Shown here: positions 13,695 through 24,843 of the stretch, in pieces | How the letters are laid out: the number at the start of each line of letters is the position of its first letter | Numbering within the stretch: position 1 is the stretch's first letter | Source: Lepidodermella squamata | Taxonomy: Eukaryota; Animalia; Gastrotricha | Reading direction: 5' to 3' | Assembly (NCBI GenBank): GCA_047495785.1 | Contig: JBLDXI010000025.1 | Location: 1,612,001 to 1,676,000 of the forward strand | DNA: 64,000 bases | The notes under the pieces: model-generated | The model's database searches: none | Seen by the model: only the letters and a program-made list of their open reading frames with translations | Told to the model about the DNA's origin: nothing | Program-made: the position numbers and the translations under genes

Positions 13695-14025
13695 TGCAGA
13701 TTTTCGAAGTTAAAATGTACTCAACAATCTACATCAGAAAAATAAATTCACCGTTGGGCCATCATAGGATTAAAAGATGCTACCGAAGAAAAGTCAAGCT
13801 GCGTGTTATAGGGTAATGGAATCAGCTACGCTTCGTTTACTGACCTTTATAAGCCACCATTTGCAAAACAATGAATAATGACAAGAAAAACTGCGATAAT
13901 AGGGCAACTATATTTACAGGCAGAGAAAGGAGAAAGAGGAAAGATTGCATATCAGGATTAATCGCGAGTTTTCCCACTACCCACTACCCACGTTATCAGG
14001 CTTTTCAGCCCAGTGATTCAGCATT

Positions 14026-14031
14026 CAGCTG
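14026..14031. promoter_or_regulatory. CAGCTG E-box-like motif upstream of the telomerase RNA candidate (representative copy of a recurrent upstream motif)
   Basis: The same hexamer lies 35-180 bp upstream of at least 7 start codons in this window. Confidence 0.4.
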
Positions 14032-14074
14032 AGTTCTGTGTTTCCTTGTTCTTTCCCGAAAAAGACGACCCAGC

Positions 14075-14482
14075 ATCACTAACCCTCTGTAGAAAGTTTT
14101 TAAGGTAAATAAAATGCTTTTATGTTTACATTTAGTTTGAGATAAAACGTAAAACTATAAATTGCTTTTTGCGTTGCGGTGATGACAATAGTTTAAACAC
14201 CCGCGAAAAAAATAACCGGAAAAAGCCAACAAAAAATTGAACCGCGCCGACGGGATGAATATGTCGAGTCTGAAAGTGCGGAAGCATGAAGCATGAGGCC
14301 TTGGTTCCGGCTGAGTACTGGTGCTGATCGTGGGTGTGGAATTGAAAGATTGACTGGTAGTGATCCCTCGGTCAAGCTGTCTCTTGCACTAGAAATTTCA
14401 GAGCTGACTTGAGGCTGTTGTCGGGCATGAAAGGATTATCTTCAGGCTCTTAAAGTGTAGATGGCCTATTTGTACGACATAG
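14075..14482 (+). ncRNA. Candidate telomerase RNA (template + pseudoknot-like core + H/ACA domain)
   Basis: CTAACCCT at 14079-14086; possible P3 TTTAGTTT(14131-38)/AAATTGAA(14234-41); long stem closed by CCGACGG(14247-53)/TTGTCGG(14418-24); box H AAAGGA 14430-35; hairpin with loop TAAAGTGT 14451-58; ACA 14477-79 plus 3 nt. The 5' boundary is uncertain and pairings were made by eye. Confidence 0.55.
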
Positions 14483-14928
14483 GTGTTGCTTTATGCCTTA
14501 CGCAAAGTTTTCCACCTTAACTTAAATTCCTCTGTTCCCTCTTATAGCCTATTTGTAGCTAGTCGCGATGATCTGGTCTAGGTTCGCATTTGAGAACATC
14601 AGTGTTCAAATACTAAGTTGGCGCCCTGGTCAAGATTCGATGATGATTTAGGGCGACAGCGCTCTAATTATGTTAACTTTCAGTAGATTTGACTCGTTAA
14701 TCGCCAATTGTTGGTCGTGTATTACTACGATGTAGCGCCCTTGCTGTCCAAAAATAGTTCCCATATCACCACTGCTGTTGACGGTCTTTCTTTAATTTAA
14801 AAACAGAGAACAATGAATATAACTTTCTATGAGATTTATGCACAGTTTTACCGACGCTGAATCAGCTGTTATCGTCCTCTTCATCCGATGTATGATGTCT
14901 GTTTTGATTCTTTCTAGATCGTTACGCG

Positions 14929-16234
14929 ATGGCGCCTCGTCGGCAGTTGTGCCATTGGGGCCCGATAACTGCGTTGACAATAATTGGAACAGTGTCAGTT
15001 GTCACACATGGAGTTTTCCTGGCTACTCATCCATTCAGCCCGTTTTACCAGTCGCCTATCGACCACCTATCATCATGGGATATCATTTGCGGCCTTTTAG
15101 AGTACGGATTGTACGTGGTTTGGCATTTCGCCATTCTGGGAAATTACTTCAAGGCGGCGTTCTTGGGCCCAGGCTTCGTACCTCTCAATTGGCACCCATC
15201 TAACTCAGATCATAAAAAATATCTCCAATTCTGTGAAGCATGCAAAGGCTACAAACCTCCCAGAGCTCATCACTGCCGCCGATGTGAGCGTTGTGTTATG
15301 AAAATGGATCATCATTGGTAATACATTGATTATATTTTGAACTTTCGGCATTGAACTATTACTATTTAGTCCCTGGATCAATGCGTGCACCGGACATCGA
15401 AATCAAGCCAACTTCATATATTTCCTGCTGTTCTGTCCGATGGGCTGCTTCCACAGTCTGCTGCATCTCGTACCTGTTATTTATCACTTTTTCTACGCTG
15501 ACTGGTATTACACTCACGAACCTGAGATTTTCATGCAACTCGTCCGCATTCCATGGTGGTTTTTCATTGCCATATTTTTGGCGACAGGCCTAGCTGTCGG
15601 AGTTATTGGCGCTGTTGGTTCACTCTTCGTCGTTCAATTCCGCCAGGCCATCAGAAACAAAACATCAATCGAAGAGTACATCATCAGTAAAGCCGAATGG
15701 ATCCGCGAAAGAGCCGATAACACTGAAAGCCCTTACCCGGACTTCATTTTCCCTTACGATTTAGGCTGGAAGCAAAATCTCGCCGAAGTATTTTGCAAAA
15801 ACCCATCGCCTGATTATCTAGGCTGGCCTTTGAAGGAGGGTTGCACGCCATTTGATTTCACGATCGAACAGCTTCGGCAAAAACGGGTTAAACGCGACAG
15901 GGCTACTCCGTTTCAAATTGTTGCGAATTACAACGGAGCTTGGCTGCCTGTTTTCACATTCGGCTGGAGAACGGCTTGCTGCCCGCCCTGGCCTGATGAA
16001 CCTATGCTGAAGCTGCGGCCGGGCGATGTCGTCAATGTGACCCGGGCTCGTGGTAAATGGTTTTACGGCGAACTGGTCTATTGCCGCGATCCTGAGACTG
16101 GTAAAACCATTGAGGTGGAGAAAAGGCAGCGCGGTTGGTTCCCGGAGGGAAGTGCCCGGTTAGCTGTCTACGCTGACGAGCCACAACAAGCCGATGACGG
16201 CGATGAAGCTGCTGGTCATAAAAAAGCCGAGTAA
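14929..16234 (+). CDS. ZDHHC6: Palmitoyltransferase ZDHHC6-like, paralogue a (2 exons)
   Basis: LCHWGP N-terminus. DHHC Cys-rich domain ([23 protein letters not shown]/PW) with an intron inside the Cys codon. C-terminal SH3-like region (W.YGE...RGWFP) and KKAE end. Confidence 0.92.
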
Positions 16235-16881
16235 TTTTTGTAGCAAAATTATTCCAGAGTAAATCAAATCTTGAAGAGCCTTCTTAGTCCATGCTCATTT
16301 AAATCCTGCTTTTAGTACCTTTCCTTTATTTGCTTGTTGTGAACAAAACAATTTTTTGTCCTGGGACACTTCGATTGATATCACTTATTCTTATTTGGTT
16401 GTGATGAAATGACGAGACACGTTTTGTTTATATTATCAATTTTGGAGAAATGTGAATAAAAGACAGAAGAAAAGTGGCTTTTTCATTGCATAGGCCCAGA
16501 ATGTTTCCCGCAGCAAAATTCTTCGCAGCGGTAGCACTATTCTACTAAAACCCGTTTTTTTCGGCTAAAGTTAGCGTTGACTTATTTTTGAGCAAGTGAC
16601 GAGAACGCAAGGCATGAACAGCGGGCAACAAAGCCACAATTGTTGATACGCGGTAAACAATAAACATAGCGCGCGATGAGTCACGGGACCCGCTTTTGTT
16701 GTATGAGTAATAATGCATATATTACTCACAAGATGTGCTTTACGCTTAAGGCTTGAGAGCCGTTCAAATAGTAAGCGAACGAACCCCAACACATTCACGC
16801 TCATTTTCCCCGTAGATGAAAAGCTAAGCTACAGCATTAGCCATTCATATATCCTCTTTTGCTTAACATAAAACCGCAACC

Positions 16882-18238
16882 ATGTTCGCAGGCAGCATGG
16901 CGATTTTCAATCAACTCCTGCACCCGGTGCCCATAATTGCAATTAGCGTGATAGCGGTTATTTCAACGTTCGCGCAATTAGCCATCTTGGAGGCGCACTC
17001 GTTCGGCTTATTCGGCGATAAATGGCCGTTTTTCAGAGGGGAAGCAGACGGATTCGCGGTAATTAAGGCGGCGCTGGCTTATGCCGCCTTCATCTTTTGG
17101 CCCATATGTGCCATGTTCAGCTATTTCCGAGCAGCATTTGGCGGGCCTGGCTACGTGCCGCTGCGATGGAGGCCGGAAAGTCCCATTTACGAGCCGTATT
17201 TGCAGTATTGCGATAAATGTCTTGGATTCAAACCGCCAAGAGCGCATCATTGCCGAAAATGTCAAAGATGCGTTGTGAAAATGGATCATCATTGGTTAGT
17301 CTGCGAAAGATTGATTAAAAATTAAACTGACTGAAATTTTAATTTTCCACAGCCCTTGGATAAGCACATGCGTTGGCGCAAAAAATCAGGCATCATTCAT
17401 ATACTTTTTGATATTCTGCCCGCTGGGATGTATTCATGCGTTAAGCTACTTTCTACCCTTCCAGTATCAACTACTTTACATCCATTGGTACTACGAAAAT
17501 GACTACGATACGTTTTTGAAGCTTTACCACAATCCTTACTGGTACATCATTGGGCTGTTCCTCTCGACGGGTATGGCTTTGGGAGTCATTATATCTGTCG
17601 GAGGGCTGTTCATGATCCAGTTGAGACAAGCTATGACCAACACAACGTCAATCGAATATTTCATTATTAAAAAGGCGAATGCAATCAGAGACAGACAAAC
17701 TGCTGAAATCAACAAAGGATTGGATGTTCCACAGGAGGAGCGATATCCTAATTTCGTTTTTCCTTACAATGTATCAGTTCGCGAGAATTTGAAGCAAGTT
17801 TTCATTCATGGCTATCGCGATAACGGCAACTTTTTCGCCTGGCCTCTTCGGCCAGGTTGCCAAGCGTTTGATTTGACGATGGAGCAGCTACGTCAGAAAA
17901 AAGCGAAACGAGACAACGCCATGTCGTATCAAGTCACGCAGAGGTATGACGGGAAATGGTGCCCGATATTAGCGTACGGTTGGCGGATTGCTTGTCCACC
18001 TGTAATGTTCATCGAAAGACGGCTTCAGGTTGAGCCTGGCGATATCGTTGTAGTAACGAGATGGCGAGGTCAGTGGATCTACGGTGAGCTTATTCCGCAG
18101 CATTTGAATGGAATGTTGCAGGAAAGCGGACAAGGGCAAAGAGGTTGGATCCCGATAGGCTGTGCCAAACTTATGCCATCTGATTTTGCGATCACTTCCC
18201 ACAACGGGAATGTTGACAGCCGGGCCAAATTCGAATAA
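16882..18238 (+). CDS. ZDHHC6: Palmitoyltransferase ZDHHC6-like, paralogue b (2 exons)
   Basis: Same architecture and same intron position as paralogue a. [23 protein letters not shown]/PW and SH3-like WIYGE...RGWIP. Confidence 0.88.
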
Positions 18239-19092
18239 CTTTTCCACACGAACATTCCACGAACATTCCACATAAATTCTTCGTTACAGTAATGAAACTA
18301 GGATATGGATTGAAATAAAGCTATTAAATTGCCTAATGCTTTTTTTAGGCATTTTTGGAAATTTGTATTCGCTTATCACTTTTTCTTCTTGAAGCAATCG
18401 GAAATGTAGCGAAATGGAACATTTGCCAACCTCTATGCGATAGGAATGATAAGACTGTCGCTTGAATGTATACTGTAAAGTCGATACAACTTTGACCTGC
18501 CAGAGCCAAAAGACCTGAGCATACGCGGGATAAGCATCAGCTCCTCAGCCCACGGACATCTGCCGGTTTCGGTCAATAGCTATGAAGAAGATACTTCGAT
18601 CTATAAATAGAATAATCAGTGGACCAACGTCGCCGAGATTTTGTGGCGTATCAATTTTTCGATTTTGCATCTGCATATTTTCAGATACTAAACACTTATC
18701 TACTATTAATTATCTATTAAATATCTATTAATAAACACCTGCAGTCTAAATCCGAGGCCTTCAATAAGGGAGCTAATAACATGGAAATTTAGGCCCAGTC
18801 AACCGAATCATTTAGGTTGAAAGTTCCTGTCTAACAAGAGGGCATCCTAAAATCAGAGAGCCATCTATGGTGCATAAGTGGATAAAATTCACCAGGTCAT
18901 CCATAAGGTGAAAAATTAGGTACAGTGAAAAGCAATCGAAGAATTACTCGTTGAAGCGTACACAAGCAAATTGCCGGACGCCATTCAATTACTAGCTATC
19001 TTTTGGGCTCGCTCCAGCATGAAATTAGCCACGATCCGTTGTAAATGCGGCTCTATTGCTTGCCAGCTTTAACGTAAGAAGCATTTGTCGAA

Positions 19093-21090
19093 ATGATGCT
19101 CCATCAAATTACGCTCGTTTTAGTCCACGCCTTAATAGCGTGTAACCCATCGGTCGGCGCTTGTAATGCGACGGAGGATGATGTCTACAGCTACGTTTTC
19201 CAAAATGAATCAGAATGGAAGTTAATGAGACCACGAAAATATCATAAAATCCCAGTTCAAGTTGGATTGCGGCTTCGTATGTTCAACCTGAGACGAGTGG
19301 TATGTTAGGCATTAACATTCGATTCCCCAAAATAAAAAATGTCTATGCAGAATGAGCACGAAAGGACGATCTTCATCCATGGCTATCTAACTGTAGTGAG
19401 TTTATCCATTTTCGAAGTCGATTGCTCCAACAATAAGCCAATTAACAACTCCTATACACTAGGTGTGGGTAAATGCATTCATCCGCTGGAAAGATATCTC
19501 GCCTATAAACTGTATCGAGAAGATTATGGTTGATTTTAGAAAGGTTTGGCTCCCAGAACTAACTTGGCTTACCGGTGGTCATCAAATAATGTTTGTGCAT
19601 CCGCCCGAGCTGTTTGAAGCATATCATATTTCAAGCTGTTTGATATAGAGATTCTTCGAAGGATGAGACGGATGATGTTACAGAGCGGCTTGCAGAAACA
19701 CCACCAATGAAAGTAGCAATTAAGGCGAGTGGAATTCATGAAATGTATCCGACGGGCCTGATTTCCGGTCGATGTGAGATTGATCTGACCCTGTTTCCTT
19801 ACGACAGACAGGTTCGTTGCAGTGCTATTTCCAAACCTGTCTTGAACCTCGTTTGCAGATTTGCCGAGTCATGCTGGGAAGCATCTTTCATCAAGTTGAA
19901 CGGCTTCAATTAACTCTACTAAATTATTCCTTCCAATTCGCGCCTCATCAATTTAAGCAGAACGACATTTGGGCTAATATTGAAAACATGTCTGAAATAG
20001 TTCCCTATATGGACCCGGACACAAACGAAACTTATCATAGGGTAAGATAGCGATCAGAAAAACGTTAATTGTGTATACTCCTTCGTTAGTTCAGGCGGTA
20101 TTTTCCCTGCTCTTGGCCAGAAAGCCTCGCTTTTACGAAGTTAATATTGTATTCCCCAGCATCATTATATCCTTAGTCGAACTTGTCGTTTTCATACTGC
20201 CGGTGAGTTATTTGCGATTGAGACCGTTAAATCTTTAATTCTACATTGTCTCAGATTCACGAAGTGAGCAAGGTCCACATGTCTCTGACGTGTCTTCTTG
20301 CCTACACGTTCTTCCAAGTAAATTGTCATATATCCCACCATGAGAAATGTATAAGCTTTTTCTTTATCAGGACATTATCCTTGAAGAAATTCCGAAGTCA
20401 TCTGATAGTATTCCCCTACTATCGCTGTTTATAGACTTGCAAATGTGCTACATTGGAAGCATAGCTTTGTTAGGGGAAGGCATGGTCTTCTTTTTACTCC
20501 GTCAGAGTAATCTAAATAAGGTGAGAAGTCGAAAAAACTCAAACTTGATCGAATTAAGTTGCCAGTTTTAGAATGCTCCTCCTGAATGGCTCTTCGCCTT
20601 TTGCCAAAACATAGGAACGCTGCTGTTCCTTAACTGTGATTCATCCACCCGACGATTTCATCAAAAAGTGCTGTCAGCCAACGCGGAAATGGAGCAATTG
20701 AAGATGCAGAAGATGATTGCATCATCTCGACGTGGCAGCTTTGCCGCGGCTTTACATCGATTGATGGGCAATTTGGAACGTCCAGTTGAAAATAGGCCGG
20801 ATACTTTGGATATCTCTCAACAATTCGATCAAAAGATGTCATCGCAGCAGGTTTCCAGTGTAACTGCAGAATTTCAAGGAGACAAGCCGGTAGAAGTCCG
20901 TGGAGATCGCAGCAGTGTTTCAAGCGATACAGCGTTGTGTGCTCGCGATATGTGGGTTCTGATGGCGGAAACTCTTGAGAGGATCAACATGATACTGTAC
21001 GCTGTAATGACCATCATAACGCCTGTCGTTATCTTCACCTACTCGCCGAACCAAAAATCGCTGACGAAAATGGGGACCTCAACAATTTGA
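19093..21090 (+). CDS. Divergent nAChR-like Cys-loop channel subunit 4, multi-exon
   Basis: Signal peptide, MRPRK, VWLPELTWLTG, Cys-loop CEIDLTLFPYDRQ/IC, M2 IHEVSKVHMSLTCLLAYTFFQ, M4 WVLMAETLERINMILY. Confidence 0.88.
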
Positions 21091-21388
21091 ATTTAATTTT
21101 TCTGAAACTTGACACCATTTTGCCCATAACTTTTTTATGTCGGCTTTATCTCTCTGTTAGTATCTCTTTTAAGGTGTTCTATTGTGTTCATGCTTTTGTG
21201 CTTTAATCATGCTTTGATTATTGGGGAATTAAATTCGCCATTCGTGCATCGTTACATGGTCATCAGCGCTCAAATCAGGCTTGAATAAAACCTAATGCCT
21301 CAATGCATCCTTTAGTGGACAATAAAAACCTTAATGTAAATCGCGCTAATTTTTGCCACAAACCATTACATCAAGATATTACTGCAAA

Positions 21389-23372
21389 ATGTATCTCCTC
21401 TGCTACGCTGTCCTTGCGATGTTGACCTTAATCATCCACTCGTTCGTGTTTAAAAATACAACCGATCGAATGCCAATTGGAAATTCATCCTTTCAAGATC
21501 CGATGTGCGCATATGAAAGTATGAAAAGTTAATACCTTTATTGCTAATTCTCATTTTATTTGAATTGCAGATATTTCAGCCATTACGGAAGATGAAACTC
21601 ACGCATTTGTGTTCTCAGATTATAAAAACATAGGAATGCGCCCGACAAGAAACGCATCGTCACCAGTCAAAGTATACCTTCGAATGAAGCTTCATGGCAT
21701 TCGTGAATTTGTAAGAAACTCAGTTCTTTTGTCACGTTTCATCATTTTGTTTTGCCATCAACTCTCAGAACGAACGCGAAAGTACAATAAAACTTCATGG
21801 ATTTCTAACAATCGTAAAGTTTGACGGTAAATCAATTATGAGTTCAGTTTTGAATGATTTTCAGACATGGAAAAACGAGTATTTGAGATGGGCTCGAAAA
21901 TATCCGTATCAATGCATCGATCAGCTCGTTGTTGATGCCAAAGAAATGTGGATTCCTGATGTTATTTGGCTCACAGGGGTCGGAAATACAGAGTAAGATA
22001 AGGTTTCTTTTGAATTATAACTCTTTACAGCTTTTTTACTAACAGGACCAGCTCAGTTATGAGAACAAAGAGAGCGACTTTAAAACGAACTGGCCAGGCA
22101 GAAATATATCAAATTGGGGATATCTTAGGCGAATGCCACATGGATCTCAGCCTATTTCCATTCGATACCCAGGTCAGTGGGTTGTATTATACATTTGTTA
22201 TGCATTGAGGGTAAAACTGTGCAGAGATGCGAAATTCGGATGGAAAGCTGGAACTATCCCTCAACGATGCAGAAATTCGAAGCGATGAAAGATCCTTTCC
22301 AAATTGTTGAGAATCTCTGGGTCGATAATGAGCTTTGGTCTATTATTGACCGTCATGTAGAGGTCGGAAGTTTCAATTACAATCCCGCAAGTCCTCTCAA
22401 ATTTGATCGTGTAAGTGCTTCTATTTAGACAAAAATGATGAGATAAACATTTGTGCGTACATCAGGCTAATTTCTACCTACTTTTGCGCCGAAAAACTTT
22501 GTTTTATCACGTGAATATCATCCTTCCAAGTATTATCATCGCTGCCGTTGAACTCGTAGTTTTCGTATTACCGGTAATCTCTTAATTTTCTTGCATCTCA
22601 ATGTTTCAAGTGTTCTACAGATCCAAGAAGTCAGCAAAGTCCACATGTCATTCACATGTCTACTTGCGTATTCCTTTTTCCAAAACATGATTCTGTCCGA
22701 AATTCCGAAATCTTCCCACGAAATCCCTCTTCTGTCACTATTCATCGATCTTCAAATCGCTTACATCGGCGTCATTGCTCTACTAGGGGAGGGCGTTGTG
22801 TTCTTCTTCTTGAGACAGGCCAATTTGAACAAGGTACGCTTTTTGTATTGATTTTCAAATTTTCAAACGAATGATTGCGACAGAATGCACCTCCTTATGC
22901 TCTATTCTGTATTGCTCGATCAATGGGAACTGTTTTGTTTTTCGACTTTGGCCGCCAGAGAATGTACCAGCAAAACCCGAGAAAATCCGGCAGCAACATC
23001 CCACCAAAGTATCAGGATTCCCGGCGTAGAAGCAGCCTGAAAGATTTCATACAAGCCATACTCGGAACCTCTAAAAACCTTGACCGACCTGTCGTAACGC
23101 GATGCAGTAGCAGTAATTACCCCTCTGCGTTTGCACACAACCCTCTTGCAACCCAAGCTGATAAGGTCAATGCTGCAGTGGAAGCCATTGGCGATAAACT
23201 GTCACCGCGGGAGCAATGGGTCTATGTTGCGGAGGTCTTAGAACGCGTCAATATGTGGTTGTACGCAGCTGCTACCTTCCTGACACCCGCAATCATGTTC
23301 ACCTGCTTGCCTCCGGCTAAAAGTCTCAATAAAGCAAATACTACCTTCGATGGCCACTATTCTAAAATCTGA
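21389..23372 (+). CDS. Divergent nAChR-like Cys-loop channel subunit 5, multi-exon
   Basis: ATG at 21389 (MYLLCYAVLAML). Cys-loop CHMDLSLFPFDTQ/RC, ESWNYP, M2 IQEVSKVHMSFTCLLAYSFFQNMILSEIP, M4 QWVYVAEVLERVNMWLY. Confidence 0.88.
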
Positions 23373-23490
23373 GCTACGGCAAATGCCGCACCAAAACCTC
23401 TACGTTTATTATTTGTGACTTGTGTTATCATGTTGGCAAGCTGTTATTGATACATATTAAATCGCATTAAAATGAGTGTTGTCAGACCTG

Positions 23491-24216
23491 TCAATTTCTT
23501 CTGGCACAAACATCATGAAGTTGGCTGACTTCTTCAGGGCTCAACGCGCTTTGGTAAATCATTAGGCATGCAATGGCGTCTGGTGGCATCATGTATACGT
23601 TCTGCCACTGCCAATCGCTGATTCCAATTTGCAGCTTCGCGTCATTATCTTCCTTGAAGTTTGCGTTGTGAACCGATCCAACCTCATCGCCATACTGGTT
23701 GTATACAGTAAGAAATGGTTTATTGTAGGTGATGGCAACAAAGCTCCATTCGTTTCGCTCTAGAGCTGGAAAGCTGCCGATGAGGACACCCTGGCGGCCA
23801 GCATTACTGCCCCAAATTTCCAACTGGTTCGGCGAATTGTAGCTCAAAGCAATTCGCGTTTCATACACTCGCTTACCCACAAATGAAAGAATAGCTCCCT
23901 GTCTAGTGAGCTGGCTGTTGAAAAAGAAGGAAATAGTGAAGGCTGGCGGGAATTCGAATGTCCAAAAGTCTGTTATGTAGCTTTCGTAGCGGACTGTATA
24001 GGACGTGTTCACTTTTCCGAATGGACCAGCCATGTCTGTGGCCAATTTAGCCCCATTGGACCAGCTGCCCTGCAAACCTCTGGCGACGTCATTGACACGG
24101 CTCTGACCGTCGAAAGGCCAAAAGCCCATCAAATTTTCACTTTGTGGCCAGTCGTTTGCATTAACCGAGCAAAATATTGCTCCAATGAGAAGTAAACGAC
24201 GCCCAGCAAAACTCAT
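23491..24216 (-). CDS. Secreted LamG-like / ConA-type beta-sandwich protein (intronless)
   Basis: Signal peptide; motifs G.WPFD, FTISFFF, WSFVAITY, LQIG and IYQSALSPEEV.QL typical of Laminin_G_3/pentraxin-like domains. Confidence 0.75.
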   Translation of the reverse strand: MSFAGRRLLLIGAIFCSVNANDWPQSENLMGFWPFDGQSRVNDVARGLQGSWSNGAKLATDMAGPFGKVNTSYTVRYESYITDFWTFEFPPAFTISFFFNSQLTRQGAILSFVGKRVYETRIALSYNSPNQLEIWGSNAGRQGVLIGSFPALERNEWSFVAITYNKPFLTVYNQYGDEVGSVHNANFKEDNDAKLQIGISDWQWQNVYMMPPDAIACLMIYQSALSPEEVSQLHDVCARRN

Positions 24217-24843
24217 GTTACTCAATTAGGAAGAATGGCAGCTCATGTAACTCAGCTGTTCGCAGCATTACATATTTTAAAGTTTCTGATAAGGAACAAG
24301 GCAAGTGCTACAACGCATGGGAAGAATACACACCTGTTAAATCAGGAAGGCCAATTATCGAACGAAAGCTGTCGATAAGTATTGCGGTGACTCAAATTAA
24401 ACTTATCGCTCCACTTCTCTCTTAGAATTCTGATTCTTAAAAGCGCAAGTCTTCTATTCTCTTTTCTTCAATCTTCGCTAGTCTCGTATTCTCACTTTAT
24501 TTGCGGATAAACTAGCAATAAAGTCTATTGTGAGGAAAATGTTCTCAGTGAGTTGTTGGGGTCATAGGGTTGAAGCTAATTTGAGATCGCCAGATTGCCC
24601 TTTGGCATCCGCAAAAGCAATAAAAAATGCAGAAAGCTAGATAAAAGCTCTTAAGCGGAAACGGCACACCGTTTTTTGCGTCATTTCAATGAAGATAAAA
24701 AGGACACACCCCGTCGCAACTAAATGATTAGCCAGAATTCAACCCGTAAAACCATCAGATTTCTGCATTACTTTACCTGAACCTGCAAATTGCTCTGTAA
24801 CACTCATTTTGTCCCCACTCATAATTGTTAATAAGGCGAAATA

